A stretch of 63,137 nt of DNA, filler included, from Octopus bimaculoides (lineage: Eukaryota): the NCBI RefSeq assembly GCF_001194135.2. It is 4 parts of 4 records of this genome, joined end to end, with 100 filler letters (N's around TTAATTAATTAA, not from the genome) between each part and the next. Parts side by side here need not be neighbours in the genome. Positions count along the whole stretch, not along the records: positions 41,867 to 60,622 come from NC_069006.1; positions 60,723 to 63,137 come from NC_069007.1; 2 more parts are not named here. One strand, 5' to 3'. Position numbers and translations under genes: made by a program. The notes below the pieces were generated by a model. The model searched no databases. It was not told where the DNA came from and saw nothing but the letters and a program-made list of their open reading frames with translations. This document shows positions 49,001-61,704 of the stretch, one piece after another; within the stretch, counting starts at the first letter, position 1, and each line of letters starts with the position of its first letter.

Positions 49001-51074
49001 GCCCTTATAATGGTTACACTGTGTCTGAAAACGATGTGATGGTCATAATTAGAACCCCTTTGGTTCATATGTGCGGTCAGTAAGAGCTGAAACATTAACC
49101 TAGGGTTAAACAACAACAGCAACATTAAGGGCAGCTTTCTCTGCTGACCGACTTCTGTCAGCTTATCTCAGTTGTTGTGTGGGGGTTAGCTCCTGCTTTA
49201 ATGAAGAAGTACCCTTTGTTCTCTGCTAGCCGTGTGTACCCAGGGTATATATTACCCTGGGTACACACCTCCACCCATCCTTGTTGGCAAGCAGAAGGTG
49301 GACGGGGCCTCTCTGACCTTGCAGAGATGGTGGCAGCAGTGGTGGTGGTGGTGGGAGACATGGCTGGGTCAGGTTCCAATTACATAGAGATACCATTCAT
49401 CTCTCTGATGTAAGCATAAGGCTACTGCCACCACCAACACAACTACTTATAGTATTCTCTCCTTTAACTACCACTAACACCACCACCACCACCTCCACCA
49501 TCACTGCTAATGCAACTACTGCCAGTATCACTCCTGTTACCACCACCACCACCATTAACTGCAGCAATTTTGATATCAAAGGCATAATAACATTTACTGT
49601 TGAAAAACCTCTACACAATTCGTAAATACATAAAAGAAAATACGCACACACACACACATAGATATACACACACACATACAGCCACATATATACAAACATT
49701 TATGCACACTTAAAGTACAGATGCACTCAGATGTATACACATATATGCAATCTCTCATTTTCTATCAGACACACAGAAATATCTATTTATCTGTCTATAC
49801 ACACATACATACATACATATAAAGCACATATAAAGCACCCCAGTCCACACTGTGAAGTGGTTGGCATTTGGAAGGGCATCCAGCCATAAAAGCCATGCCA
49901 AAACTGACCTTGCCTGTGCTGGTGCCATGTAAAAGGCACTCAGTCCACACTGCTGGGTGGTTGGTGCTAGGAAGGGCATCCAGCTGTAAAAACCTTGCCA
50001 AAACAGATATTGAAGCTGGATGCAGTCTTCTGCCCAACCAGCTCCGTGTCGAACCACCAAACCCATACCAGCAGAGTAAACAGACGTTAAATGATGATGT
50101 TGATGATGATGATGTATATGTGACTCTATGGGTGTCTGAATACATTCTATGATGTCGTCTCAGATTTACCATTGTTAGTCTAGAAGAGGCTTTGTCACCG
50201 AGCCAAAGTGTCTTGTGTGAAGTCTACAACTAACGATAGAAATAAATTAAACCAGAAAGACTCGTTAGATTTTTATAAGTTACGTAAATGAACCATTAAA
50301 TATATTGGAAGATTAAAAGATTTTAAAGTTTTATGAATAAATAATTGCTTTCACTAATTAAAAGATGTAATGATTTTTTAAATATTTAATATATTTAAGA
50401 AGTTAATCTAGGAGTGAAGAGAAGAAGATAAGGGGATTAACTGAGGTGGAGGAGGAGGAGAGGAAGAGACTAGAAAATGTTAAAGGAGGGGCGAGGTAGG
50501 GGAGAGAGAGATGACTAGATTTGGTAACAAAAAAAAATCCTGTAAATTTGAGAAAATATCAATAGAAATATGATTAAATTGATATATGGGTAGGAGTGGG
50601 GGTGGGGTGGAGGGAGAGCATTCTGTGGTCATTTCTGGAAAAAACTAAATAATGGATTGTATAAATTAATTATTTGATGGTAATTATAATAAAGGAAAAA
50701 TTTTTATTTGAAGATAATTTTAAAAAGAACAAAAGGAAAACAAATAAAAAGTTAAAAAGGAAAATTAAGTACTTAAACATTATATATAAATGTAGGCATG
50801 TATGTATGTTTGTATATTATTATTGAGTGAGAGAGCATTGCATGCCATCAAAGTGACACTGGGGTACAAATATACGAAGCTCAGTGTACCCATCATGACT
50901 ACCCGTCTGATAAGGGTACACCAGGCACATGCATAACAACCATATGTGCATGACATAGTGATCTAATATCAAGATAAGCAGGCACATGACCTTGCAGGTG
51001 GGGTCCAATTAAAATATTCTTGAGGTCGAGTAGCCCATCCCACTCCTATATCTTTATGTTTTCATTTCTTTCAG

Positions 51075-51245
51075 AACTGCTTCCTGGAATCGAATCCTTC
51101 TTCACTGAAATTCTTGCTCAAGAAAACCTGTCCGATGCTGCTGAATCTCGCTGCAAGTATTATGTTGAACGACTTGAAATATTGAAATTGCCACCAACCA
51201 TTCCTCCAAGACCACGACAAGAAAACCCTCAGGAACCTAACAAAG
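51075..51245 (+). CDS. Gene 2 exon with SKAP-type dimerisation domain
   Basis: TTTTCATTTCTTTCAG acceptor, AAG|GTAGAC donor, phase 1-1; ELLPGIESFFTEILAQENLSDAAESRCKYYVERLEILKLPPTIPPRPRQENPQEPNK. Confidence 0.85.
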
Positions 51246-51298
51246 GTAGACCTCTATGTTTTGTAAATCTCTGTTTTGCTTCTTCAAGTTGCACTTGG

Positions 51299-51330
<32 letters not shown>

Positions 51331-52438
51331 TCACACTTAAACACATATATACACACATAAACATTCATATACATACACAAAATTTGATGTACCTGCATGC
51401 ATAAATATATATATATATATATGTATGCATACACATAGTGCAGGCATAGCTGTGTGGTGAGAAGTTTGCTTTCCAAACCACATGATTCCAGGGTTGTTTA
51501 GATTCTGGGCTAGAAACCAGCTCCTACATGGTAAGAGTTTGAACACTTAAACAAGGCAGTGTAAATAGGAGTGTCTCCCACATACAAATATATTGGTGAC
51601 TGTGTCTTACAACTCAAGTGTTGCTTAAGGAAAATATTTCTGCTTTATAACCAGTCACTGCCCTTCAAAATGCCATCCAAACTATTTATTGCTTTCATAT
51701 GCGACAAAAATAACATACAATGCCATCTTATATGAAAGGTTGCTCCCCCCACCACCCCATCAGAACAAGGTAACGTGTGAGTCTCTATGTGGTCGTTCAG
51801 TCTGCTAGAAATAGCTGCCAAACTTCTCTTAAGCAAGTTCATATCTGGTGGAGCATCTGACAGTCATGGTAATTAACATTGAGATGTTTGATCAGCTGAA
51901 TTAACACTCGTGAAGTTAATGTGTAAGCGGTTGAGTACACCACAGACTTGTTTCAGTTATTAGACTGCAGCTGGGGCACCACCTCGAGGAATTTTAATAC
52001 ATATTTTTGGAGCCTGGTCCCTATACTTTCAGTCTCTTTTGTGAAAGCACAAAGTTATGGGATGTGAACATACCACAACTACCACCACCACCTCATCTAA
52101 AACATCTGTTATTTATGAAGCTACATTCGTGTTTATCACTGACAAGTCTGGCATAAACAGTTTTTCACTGACTTTCATTGCATTTTGTGTGTGTGTGAGT
52201 GTGTGTGCGTGAGGTAATTGGTGTATGTGCATATGACTGCATGCGTGGCTGTATGAGTATGTAGAGTGTATATGTGATCCTGTGCAGCCTGTGGGTACAC
52301 GGAAGGGTGTATATGTGTACCCATGCATAAATACTTGTGGCTGGTGTATACGTATGTTTGTATATGTGGGTGTATAGGGAACGAGTGTATGTGTCTATGT
52401 TTGTAGATGCATTTGTGGAAGGGGTGTATATATGTATG

Positions 52439-52471
<33 letters not shown>

Positions 52472-53551
52472 ATGTATGTTTGTGTATATCTATATTTATA
52501 TATATGTGAATATGAAGATGAACATTCGTTTGTGTGTGTGTGTGTGACTGTGTCCTTTTGTCTGTGTGTCCCTGTGTCTATATCAATGTATTTGGGGAAA
52601 CTCAACTCATCAATTTATATTCTTGATTCGTTGTTTATTAATTATCATTATCATATCTGTTTCTGCTCGTTATAGTTAGGTTAATTGCATCTAAATTTGG
52701 CAGCAGTGTTGAACGACTGAGGCGCCGTCGTCATGGTAAGAAATGTGGGGACACAAACATGTCCATTGGATGACTTTCATCCTTAAAAATGCCTTCGTAA
52801 CCCTGCTAAATAAAACTAACCATACAAATCGTAGCTGCTAATACTGTTTCAGCTGTAGTTAATAACTGGTATATTGGTATTAGGACTTTGCTAATAATAT
52901 TTTAACTGTGGATAATAACTGGTATATTGGTATAAAAACGTTGCTAATACTCTTTGAGGTGTAGATAATAACTGGTATATTGGTATAATATACCACTTAT
53001 TATCTGGTTGTTGCTAATTATGCTTTCGCTGTAAATAATTGGTGTTTTATTGCTGTATATATATGTACTATTTATGTTCTAAATGATAATAATAATAACA
53101 ACCCTCCCTACTGGAAGCACAAGGCCTTTGGGGGAAGGGATTAAGTCGCTTACATCAGCCTCACATGAAAAACAACATTCAAGTGGGGTCGATGCCGAAC
53201 TGGCTCCCATGCACATAGCACGTAAAGACACCTTTTGAGCGTGGTTGTTGCCAGAACCACCTGACTGGCCCTCGTGCCAGTGGCGCGTAAAAAGCACCCA
53301 CTACACTCTCGGAGTGGTTGGCGTTAGGAAGGGCATCCAGCTGTAGAAACACTGCCAGATCAGAGTGGAGTCTGGTGCAGCCTCCTGGCTCACCAGTCAT
53401 CGGTCAAACCGTCCAGCCCATGCCAGCATGGAAAGTGGACGTTAAACAATGATGATGATGATGAAATAAGTACCAGTGAAACACTGGGGTTGATGTAAAC
53501 AATTAGCCCCTCCCCCAAAATGTCAGGTCTTGTGTCTATGGTCGAAAGGAA

Positions 53552-53599
<48 letters not shown>

Positions 53600-54112
53600 G
53601 GTGACGAGCTGGCAGAATCAGTAGCATGTCAGACAAAAATGCTTGGCACCATTTCTTCCAGCTCTCTACATTCCAAGTTCAAATTCCGTCAAGGCTAATT
53701 TTTGCCCTTCATCTTTTTGGGGTCAATAATATAAGTACCAGTTGAGCACTGGGGTCGATATAATTGACTTCACTGTCCCCTTGGATCTGTGGGGTTCCTT
53801 GATTGGCCCTAGTTGGGAGTTCCTCCTATATCAGGAGAACTGCATCATTCATGTTATCTCATACTTTTGTATATCTTGTAGACTTGTATCGCATTTCACT
53901 GTTTTTTCCATTTTTTTCTCTCTCCATCCATTTTGTAAATCCTCACACAAATAGTCTCTCCTCGTGACGTCCCCTCATCTATGCCGCTGTGGCTAATGAA
54001 AGAAATCATCATCATCATCATTATTTTGTGATAATTTCCTGACTATTATATTTTTTGACATCTTTAATAATTCCAACATGGTAATAACAACAACAACAAT
54101 GATTGAATGATG

Positions 54113-54182
<70 letters not shown>

Positions 54183-57108
54183 TTACGATGATGATGATGA
54201 ATAATGACGATAATACATTGTCTGGTAGAGATGCTTAATATGGGAGAATGGTGTCTGATTGCTTCAGAAAATGACCAACACTGATTAAAAAAATAATCAA
54301 ATAAAAAAACTGATAAAATTTATTGATCTTTCCCTTGTATAATTAATGTATAGCAAGCGTCTGTTGTTGTTGTTGTTGGTTGTGATCTGATATGAGAAGA
54401 ACAGAGTTCTTGTCAGCAGCAGACAGATTCACCCCCACCCCCTCTCCTTTTTAAAAAAAATGACAAACAGTAGAAATAAAAAACTCATCATTCAGCCCCA
54501 GGTTGAAAGAGAGAGAGAGAGGGATGTGTAGTTCGAACCTGATGCACAAAAAGTACAAAAGATGGGACTTGAAGAACATCAACAGAAATAAATAAACTGG
54601 TGTCCAACAAAATGTAAGATAATCTTACCAAAGGGGTGGCGGGCAGGGGGGGAATCATAAATAAATATGGGGGGGGGATATGTTTTTATTCTACATGCGT
54701 ATTGTACAGGCAAGAAGGGAAGTGAGGCTGTGTCAGTCTTGTCTCTACTTATTTTATCGACCCCGAAAGGATGAAAGGCAAAGTCAACCTCGGCAGAATT
54801 TGAACTCAGAATGTGGCGACATGCGAAATAGTGCTAAGCATTTCGTTCAGCTTGCTAACGGTTCTGCCAGTTTGCTACCTTAATAATGTTAATAATAATA
54901 ATAATAATAATAATAATGTTAATAATAATAATAATGTTAATAATAATAATAATGATGATGATGATGATGGTGGTGGTGGATAGGGAAAGAGACATTTTAG
55001 AAATAAAACTAAAGAGAAAAGAAATTGTTTTTTTTTTGTATTTGTTGTTTTGTTTTCAGGGTTATTTTCGTTATCATCTGGTGATGTGGAGTCCTTCATC
55101 AACTGCAAGGATCAAGTACCTCCATTGCCTCCAAGGGACAATCAGTATACTGGAGGTGATTGATCAGCTCCTGAAGTGGTTTCTATTTTACACTACTACC
55201 ACCACCACAACCACTACTACAATAATCACTACCATCACATACCATCCCTACAACCACCACCACCACCACAACTACCATCATCACCAATACCACCACTACT
55301 ATCACAACCACTATCACCACTATTACTACCACCACCACTACTTCTACCACATACCCCTCTATCATAACCAAGACAATCACCACCACCACTGCCTCCCCTA
55401 CACTCAGTCCATCAGTTTGTGATCAAATAAATTTGAAAGCCCAACCTCCATTTTCTTGATCCATTTAGCTGAATGTTAGAGCTCCAGTATGGCCACTCTC
55501 CCTTAGACAGTCTGAATACAACCAATTAATGAAACAGTTGCAGCTGCAGTTCTTAATTTGCAATGTGTGTCTCCTTATTGTTTGTATGTGGCCTTGGGGA
55601 TATTTAGGAGTGAAGGATATTGTTTAAGGGCTCAATACAAAAATATGATTGAGCCAGAGGTGGAAGTCTGGTGTCTCTGTTGGGGGTTCCTCATATTGGT
55701 GGTGTTTGGGTCGGGGATGAAGAAAACCTCAAGCATTGGCTATATGAAGGGGAGAAACCTGGTCTGTTTAATTCCACAAACGGTTTTTCAGTTGATTGGA
55801 TTAACTGAAACCCTCATTGTCACAACTGATGGAGAACCAGTTGTATGCGATTCCTATCTAGTTCCAGTTCAAATCTAAGGACTTGGTTCAAGCTGAGGCT
55901 TTTTGGAAGAAGAAAAACTTGCCCAAGATGCTATCCAGGGAGATCAAACATGGAAGCTGGGTTTCTTGATCAAATAGTCATTTAATAAGACTCCCCACAG
56001 TATGGTATTGAGGTTGATAGTGGCTTTCATCTTTTCGGGGTTGATAAATTAAGTACCAGTTGACTACTCCCCTCCCCCCAAAATTACAGGCCTTGCGCCT
56101 ATAGTACAAAGGATTATCATTATTATTATTATTATTTACTTATAATAATTTGATTCCACCAATAATAACTGGAATGTTCCATTTTCCTTTTAATCATAAC
56201 CAGACTGTTCCATTTAAATTCAAAACCCAAATTGTTTTGTTCTTATTTATTGTATTAGCTATTTTNNNNNNNNNNNNNNNNNNNNNNNNNNNNNNNNNNN
56301 NNNNNNNNNNNNNNNNNNNNNNNNNNNNNNNNNNNNNNNNNNNNNNNNNNNNNNNNNNNNNNNNNNNNNNNNNNNNNNNNNNNNNNNNNNNNNNNNNNNN
56401 NNNNNNNNNNNNNNNNNNNNNNNNNNNNNNNNNNNNNNNNNNNNNNNNNNNNNNNNNNNNNNNNNNNNNNNNNNNNNNNNNNNNNNNNNNNNNNNNNNNN
56501 NNNNNNNNNNNNNNNNNNNNNNNNNNNNNNNNNNNNNNNNNNNNNNNNNNNNNNNNNNNNNNNNNNNNNNNNNNNNNNNNNNNNNNNNNNNNNNNNNNNN
56601 NNNNNNNNNNNNNNNNNNNNNNNNNNNNNNNNNNNNNNNNNNNNNNNNNNNNNNNNNNNNNNNNNNNGTAAGTAAGAAAGAATGTGAAAGCAAAGGCATG
56701 TGGTATCAGTTTGGAGCATGGAATTTATGATTGAAATATAATTGCGGAGTTGTTAGAGTAAACAAGTGGGAGAGAGAGATAAGTTTTTCTGGGAAATGGG
56801 GAAATATAATTGTTATATATGTCGTTTAAGTAAGATATGCCAAGGAGACTTTTGTTTGAGTCACAGGTGTGAGTTTTGGTCGGTTGAGTCTTACTGATAA
56901 ACCAACCCAACCACTGCAATTGTATATACCTCTTACAATACATCATCAGATGCAATTGTATCTCTACTATATATATATATATATATATATGTAATGTGTG
57001 TGTGTGTGTGTGTGTGTATGTTTGTATAGGAAATCCTTTAAGGAGAACCAAAACAGTGCCTGGCACATCTTTTCTTATTGATGCTGATGTAAATAATGGG
57101 GATGGTCG

Positions 57109-57139
<31 letters not shown>

Positions 57140-57228
57140 AACTTTGTATCTTTCTGTTTCTTTTTGCAGGATGGAACGAAACTTTATGATGACATCGACC
57201 CAAGTCATGTTGGGTAAGTTTTCCCACT

Positions 57229-57299
<71 letters not shown>

Positions 57300-59216
57300 G
57301 GTGGTGGTGGTGATAGTTATTGGTGTTGAGCCACAGGCCAGCAGCACTGGTTGAGCAGACCTATGATCATGGAAGGTTCCACTCTACACCAAGACACCAA
57401 TCGCTGTCCCTTCTATACCTGAAATCTCTCAACTGGCACAAAGCCACGTCCTCTCAATACTACTCCTCCCCTCCCCATTTGAAGGGATTTCTGTCTTGCT
57501 AGGTACCTGGTGACCCTGTCAGTGCTGGTGCCACAGAAAAAGCACTCAGTCCACTTTGTCAAGTGATTGGTGTTAGGAGGGGGCATCCAGCCATAGAAAC
57601 CCTGCCAAAACAGACAAATGGAACTTGGTGCAGTCTTCTGACTTGCCAGCTCCTATCAAACCATCCAACCCATGCCAGCATGGAAAGCAGATATTAAATT
57701 ATGATGTTTACCGTGTCCCTTTTTTTTGGGTGTGATTTGAGATGGATTGGGGTCTTATTTTTTGCAAGGTAAGTGACCCTTTAGAGGTTGTTCAGTCTCA
57801 GTAAAACCTTAATCCATTAACTGCCAAATTCTTTTATTTATATTTTCTGGTTTTGCCAGGTGTCTTAGGAGTTAAAATAATTGACCTGGGGTTAAGTAAC
57901 AGCCAAAATATCATTCCATGAACCAGTCAAATCTTCATTTAAGATTTTTTTTTAATTCATTTTTATCTTTTGTTTATTTATTTTTTAAAGGGAAACTTCC
58001 GATAACGAAGATTCTGATTTGTATGAAATTCCGGTCACCCAGACTTCGGAAGAGAGCAACCATGCTGTCGAGCCGATTGTTGAAGTGATCGAGTGTGGTA
58101 ACCATGACGATGCCTCCTCAGAAGAAGCTGCTGTCTCCCCATCGACGAACCGACCGCCGTTGCCGCCACGAAAGGCCGTCACATCAGAACCGATCAGGTT
58201 AGAGGGTGGTCGCAAGAATGGCAACCGTCTGCTGTGGAGTTTACCCCCCCAGTTGCCTGCGAGGCCCCAGCTGGCCACCCGCAGGGAAATATATGCCATG
58301 ATGTCGGAGAAATCAGAACACACGGACGACAACTCTGGTGAGTGACTGCTTTTGTTTGTTTGTTTGCTTTTGTTCTTTTAGTCTTTTTACTTGTTTCAAT
58401 CTTTAGACTGTGGCCATACTGGGGCACTGCCTGAAAGACATTTTCTTGGGTCAAACAAATTGACTCCAGGACTTACATTTTGTCTTTTTTTTTAAAGCCT
58501 GGTGCTTATGTTATCGGTCTCTTTTACTGAACTGCTAGGTTACAGGGACATAAACACACCAACACCAGTTGTCAAATGGTGGCAGAGGAAAAATGCAGAC
58601 ACAAAGACGTGCACACACGCACACATACACACATACATACAGACGGACAAACAGACAGACAGGTAGATAGATAGATACATCCATCCATACATAGTTATGT
58701 ATGCATACGATGGGCTTCTTTCAGTTTCCATCTACCCACTCCACTAACAAGGTTTTGGTTGGTCTGAGGCTATAGAAGAAGATACTTGCCCAAGGTGCAA
58801 GTGCTAAGATGAATTTATTCCACTAAAACCTCTTCAAGGCAGTGCTCCAGTATGACCATAGACTAATGACTGAAATAACTAAAAGATAAAAAAAACGACA
58901 GGTTTGTAAGAATAACTTTTTCTTGACGAATCAAGTGTTTTGAACATTAATTAGTCTGAAATCCTAAACGAAGGTTTTGCTTGAGATTATTTGAAAACAT
59001 CATAGAAGCAGGGGCTGTTTCAGATGGGTTGTAATCAAAAGGGTTAACAGTGTGACCCTGTTTTAGGAGCACCAGTTGATGTTGTTTTATGGTCTTGTTT
59101 ACTTTCCAGGCCCCGAATACCTGCACCGTAAGTGGATCATGAGTATCACACAACTCTCTGCTTACCAACGAGAGATGACCGACGCCCTTACGCAAATAAG
59201 GAAGGCAGGAAAGTGA
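51075..59216 (+). CDS. Gene 2 (spliced, 5' partial): SKAP1/SKAP2-like adaptor/docking protein; join(51075-51245,52676-52735,55060-55155,[exon in gap 56266-56667],57170-57213,57991-58337,59110-59127 or 59110-59216)
   Basis: Phase-compatible GT-AG exons. The first encodes LLPGIESFFTEILAQENLSDAAESR, similar to the recalled SKAP2 N-terminus LLADVETFVADILKGENLSKKAKEK. LYDDID and LYEIP follow in the same order as SKAP2 LYDDVD / IYEELP. Confidence 0.7.
52676..52735 (+). CDS. Gene 2 60-nt exon (VRLIASKFGSSVERLRRRRH)
   Basis: CTCGTTATAG acceptor, ATG|GTAAGA donor, phase 1-1, open frame. Confidence 0.6.
53195..53465 (+). mobile_element. Repeat family D, (GAT)n-tailed LINE-like/SINE 3' end (GGAAGGGCATCCAGCTGTAGAAAC...CCCATGCCAGCATGGAAA..GGACGTTAAAC), representative copy
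   Basis: Related copies at about 1660-2170(-), 3563-3840(-), 22170-22350(-), 23200-23480(+), 49830-50115(+) and 57490-57710(+). Confidence 0.8.
55060..55155 (+). CDS. Gene 2 exon (GLFSLSSGDVESFINCKDQVPPLPPRDNQYTG)
   Basis: TTTTGTTTTCAG acceptor, GAG|GTGATT donor, phase 1-1; contains PPLPPR. Confidence 0.7.
57170..57213 (+). CDS. Gene 2 44-nt exon (DGTKLYDDIDPSHVG)
   Basis: TTCTTTTTGCAG acceptor, TGG|GTAAGT donor, phase 0-2, joins 57991 in frame. Confidence 0.8.
57991..58337 (+). CDS. Gene 2 acidic/proline/tyrosine-rich exon (ETSDNEDSDLYEIP...RPPLPPRK...LPARP...EIYAMMSEKSEHTDDNS)
   Basis: T-rich tract plus AAAG acceptor, CTG|GTGAGT donor; 115 open codons with CpG-containing, non-repeat composition. 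Confidence 0.85.
59110..59216 (+). CDS. Gene 2 next exon: 18-nt microexon (GPEYLH, donor 59128) or terminal exon GPEYLHRKWIMSITQLSAYQREMTDALTQIRKAGK*
   Basis: TTTACTTTCCAG acceptor in phase 1; CC|GTAAGT at 59128, and the frame also stays open to TGA 59214-59216. Confidence 0.6.
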
Positions 59217-59724
59217 AAGTAGATAGAGCTTAGAAAGAACCCTTCACTCTAGGCACCACTGTTGGGGCTCCTTCCTTGTACACACACACACACACACATG
59301 CACACCCACAAATGCTTATTGCCTTTCATCCTTTCGGGGTCAATTAAGCACCATTTCAGTACTACGGTCAATGTAATCAACTGCCCCTCCTGCAAAATTG
59401 CTGGCCTTGTGGCAAAATTTGAAACCATTGTTATTATTATAATTATTATTAATATTATTACAACTGATATTTCTTATAGTAATAATGTTGACGACTTTAT
59501 TGTTATTAATTCTAGCATTTATAATTTGTTTATTGCTGTGATTACTATAACTACCACCACCACCACCACCACCACCACCACGAATGCCACTACCACAATC
59601 CCCACCACCACCATCCCTATTTCTACCTTTATTGTAGCCAATAGTTTCTATCTTTGGTGCCATTGTCTTTTTCGTTGTTTTTATTGCATCATCGTCACTG
59701 TTATCATTATTATCATTATTATCA

Positions 59725-59764
<40 letters not shown>

Positions 59765-60514
59765 ATTATTATCATTATTATTATTATTATTATTATCATC
59801 ATTATTATTATTATTATTATTATTATCATTATTGATGTTTCTGATGAAAAGAGGATTATTAATTATTGATTACATTCAGCCATGTTTGTTTGTTTGTTGT
59901 TTTGTCCTTGATGTTGTTGTTCTCACTTTCACCCCCCCCCCCACTGCCACTGCTGTTATTAGGACAACAATAGCAACAACAAAACCATGAATTGAGTAAA
60001 TACTTGAGAGGAAATTGACACCACCACCACCACCACCACCACGTGGTGGAGGTGGTGGTTGTAGTGGCGGTAGTGGTGGTGGGGTGCTGAGTGAGTGAGT
60101 GAGCAGTCCACCTTGTTGTCATGGTGACTGTCCCAACAAACCATGGTGACATGTGACTCAACTTACATCCAATCCTCTGCATCAAATATTTCCTGTTTCA
60201 ATTCACTCCTTTTCCTCACTCACGTCTGTGTGTCTCTGCTTATGTGTGTGTGTATGTGTGCATGTGCACGCCCTTGTGTGTATAGTTGTGTGTGTGAGTG
60301 TGTGTGTATGTATGCCTTTGTGTGTACATATGTGTTTGTATGTGTGTATATATATGTGTGTGTATATGTGTATATATATAGATACGACAGGCTTCTTCCA
60401 GTTTCTGTCTACCAAATCCACTCACAAGGCTCAGGGTGTCACTCAGTGGGACTGAACCCGGAACCATGTGGTTGGGAAGCAAGCTACTCACCACACAGCC
60501 ATGCCTGCACCTAA

Positions 60515-60560
<46 letters not shown>

Positions 60561-61314
60561 CTTTTATTCATTACTTGTTTCAGTGACTGGATTGTGGCCA
60601 TGCTGGGGCACCACCTTGAAGCNNNNNNNNNNNNNNNNNNNNNNNNNNNNNNNNNNNNNNNNNNNNTTAATTAATTAANNNNNNNNNNNNNNNNNNNNNN
60701 NNNNNNNNNNNNNNNNNNNNNNACCACCACCACCATCACCACCACCACCATCACCATCAACAGTAACACGACGCCATTGTTTTATGTTATGCGTAACCAT
60801 TGGTTATATTCTTGTTCCAATATGGCTGCCGTGTTTGTTAGCAGCAGATAAGACTCATGGAAACAGAATAATTCATTTCTTTTACTTCCAGTATTTGTAT
60901 AAAACCACAAGAAATAGCAGAACCACTTTATAAAGAAATTTCTTACTCTCCCCGACAATTCTTTCTCCCTCTCTCTCTCTCTCTCTCTCTCTCGCTTTTA
61001 CTCTGTCACTCAATCACCCATCTTCTCACTCTCTCTCCTGTCTCACTCTCTTTTCTTTTCTCTCACCGAATCTCATATCTTTTTCTTTCAATCACACACA
61101 ATCTTCTTTCTTCCTCTTTAGCCTACTCTTTCTTCCTCTTTATCCTCCTCTTTCTTCCTCACTCTTTCCGTATCATTCTCGTTCTCTTTCATGCAAACCT
61201 GCTCTCTTTCTTTCTCTATTCCAGACGAGTTCGCACGTAATTTTCTTTCTCTTCTTTCTCTTCTTTCATTTCTTTCCTTCTATCTTTCTTTCCCTCTTTC
61301 CCTCTCTCTTTCTT

Positions 61315-61362
<48 letters not shown>

Positions 61363-61541
61363 TGTTTACCTACGTTCATTACAATCTCTTTTCTTCACAC
61401 AATGTTTCTACTTATTTACCTATCTGTCTGTCTGTCTGTCTGTCAGCCTATCTGCTTGTTTGTACGTCCTCCCGTCCGTCCGTCTGTCTGTCCATCTATT
61501 TATCTATCGCTCGATCTATCTATCAATCAATCGATCGGTCG

Positions 61542-61584
<43 letters not shown>

Positions 61585-61595
61585 GGTCTATCTAT

Positions 61596-61635
<40 letters not shown>

Positions 61636-61664
61636 TTCTCTATCTATTTACATATCAGTGTACC

Positions 61665-61704
<40 letters not shown>

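Noticed and set aside
54886-55422. 178-aa ORF with poly-I, poly-T and poly-H
   Set aside because: Trinucleotide repeats; the real exon inside it (55060-55155) uses a different frame.
57985-58332. 115-aa minus-strand ORF
   Set aside because: Antisense shadow of gene 2 exon 57991-58337.
60892-60970. Acceptor followed by ICIKPQEIAEPLYKEISY as a next gene 2 exon
   Set aside because: Needs phase 2 entry whereas 59127 exits in phase 1, and no donor follows.
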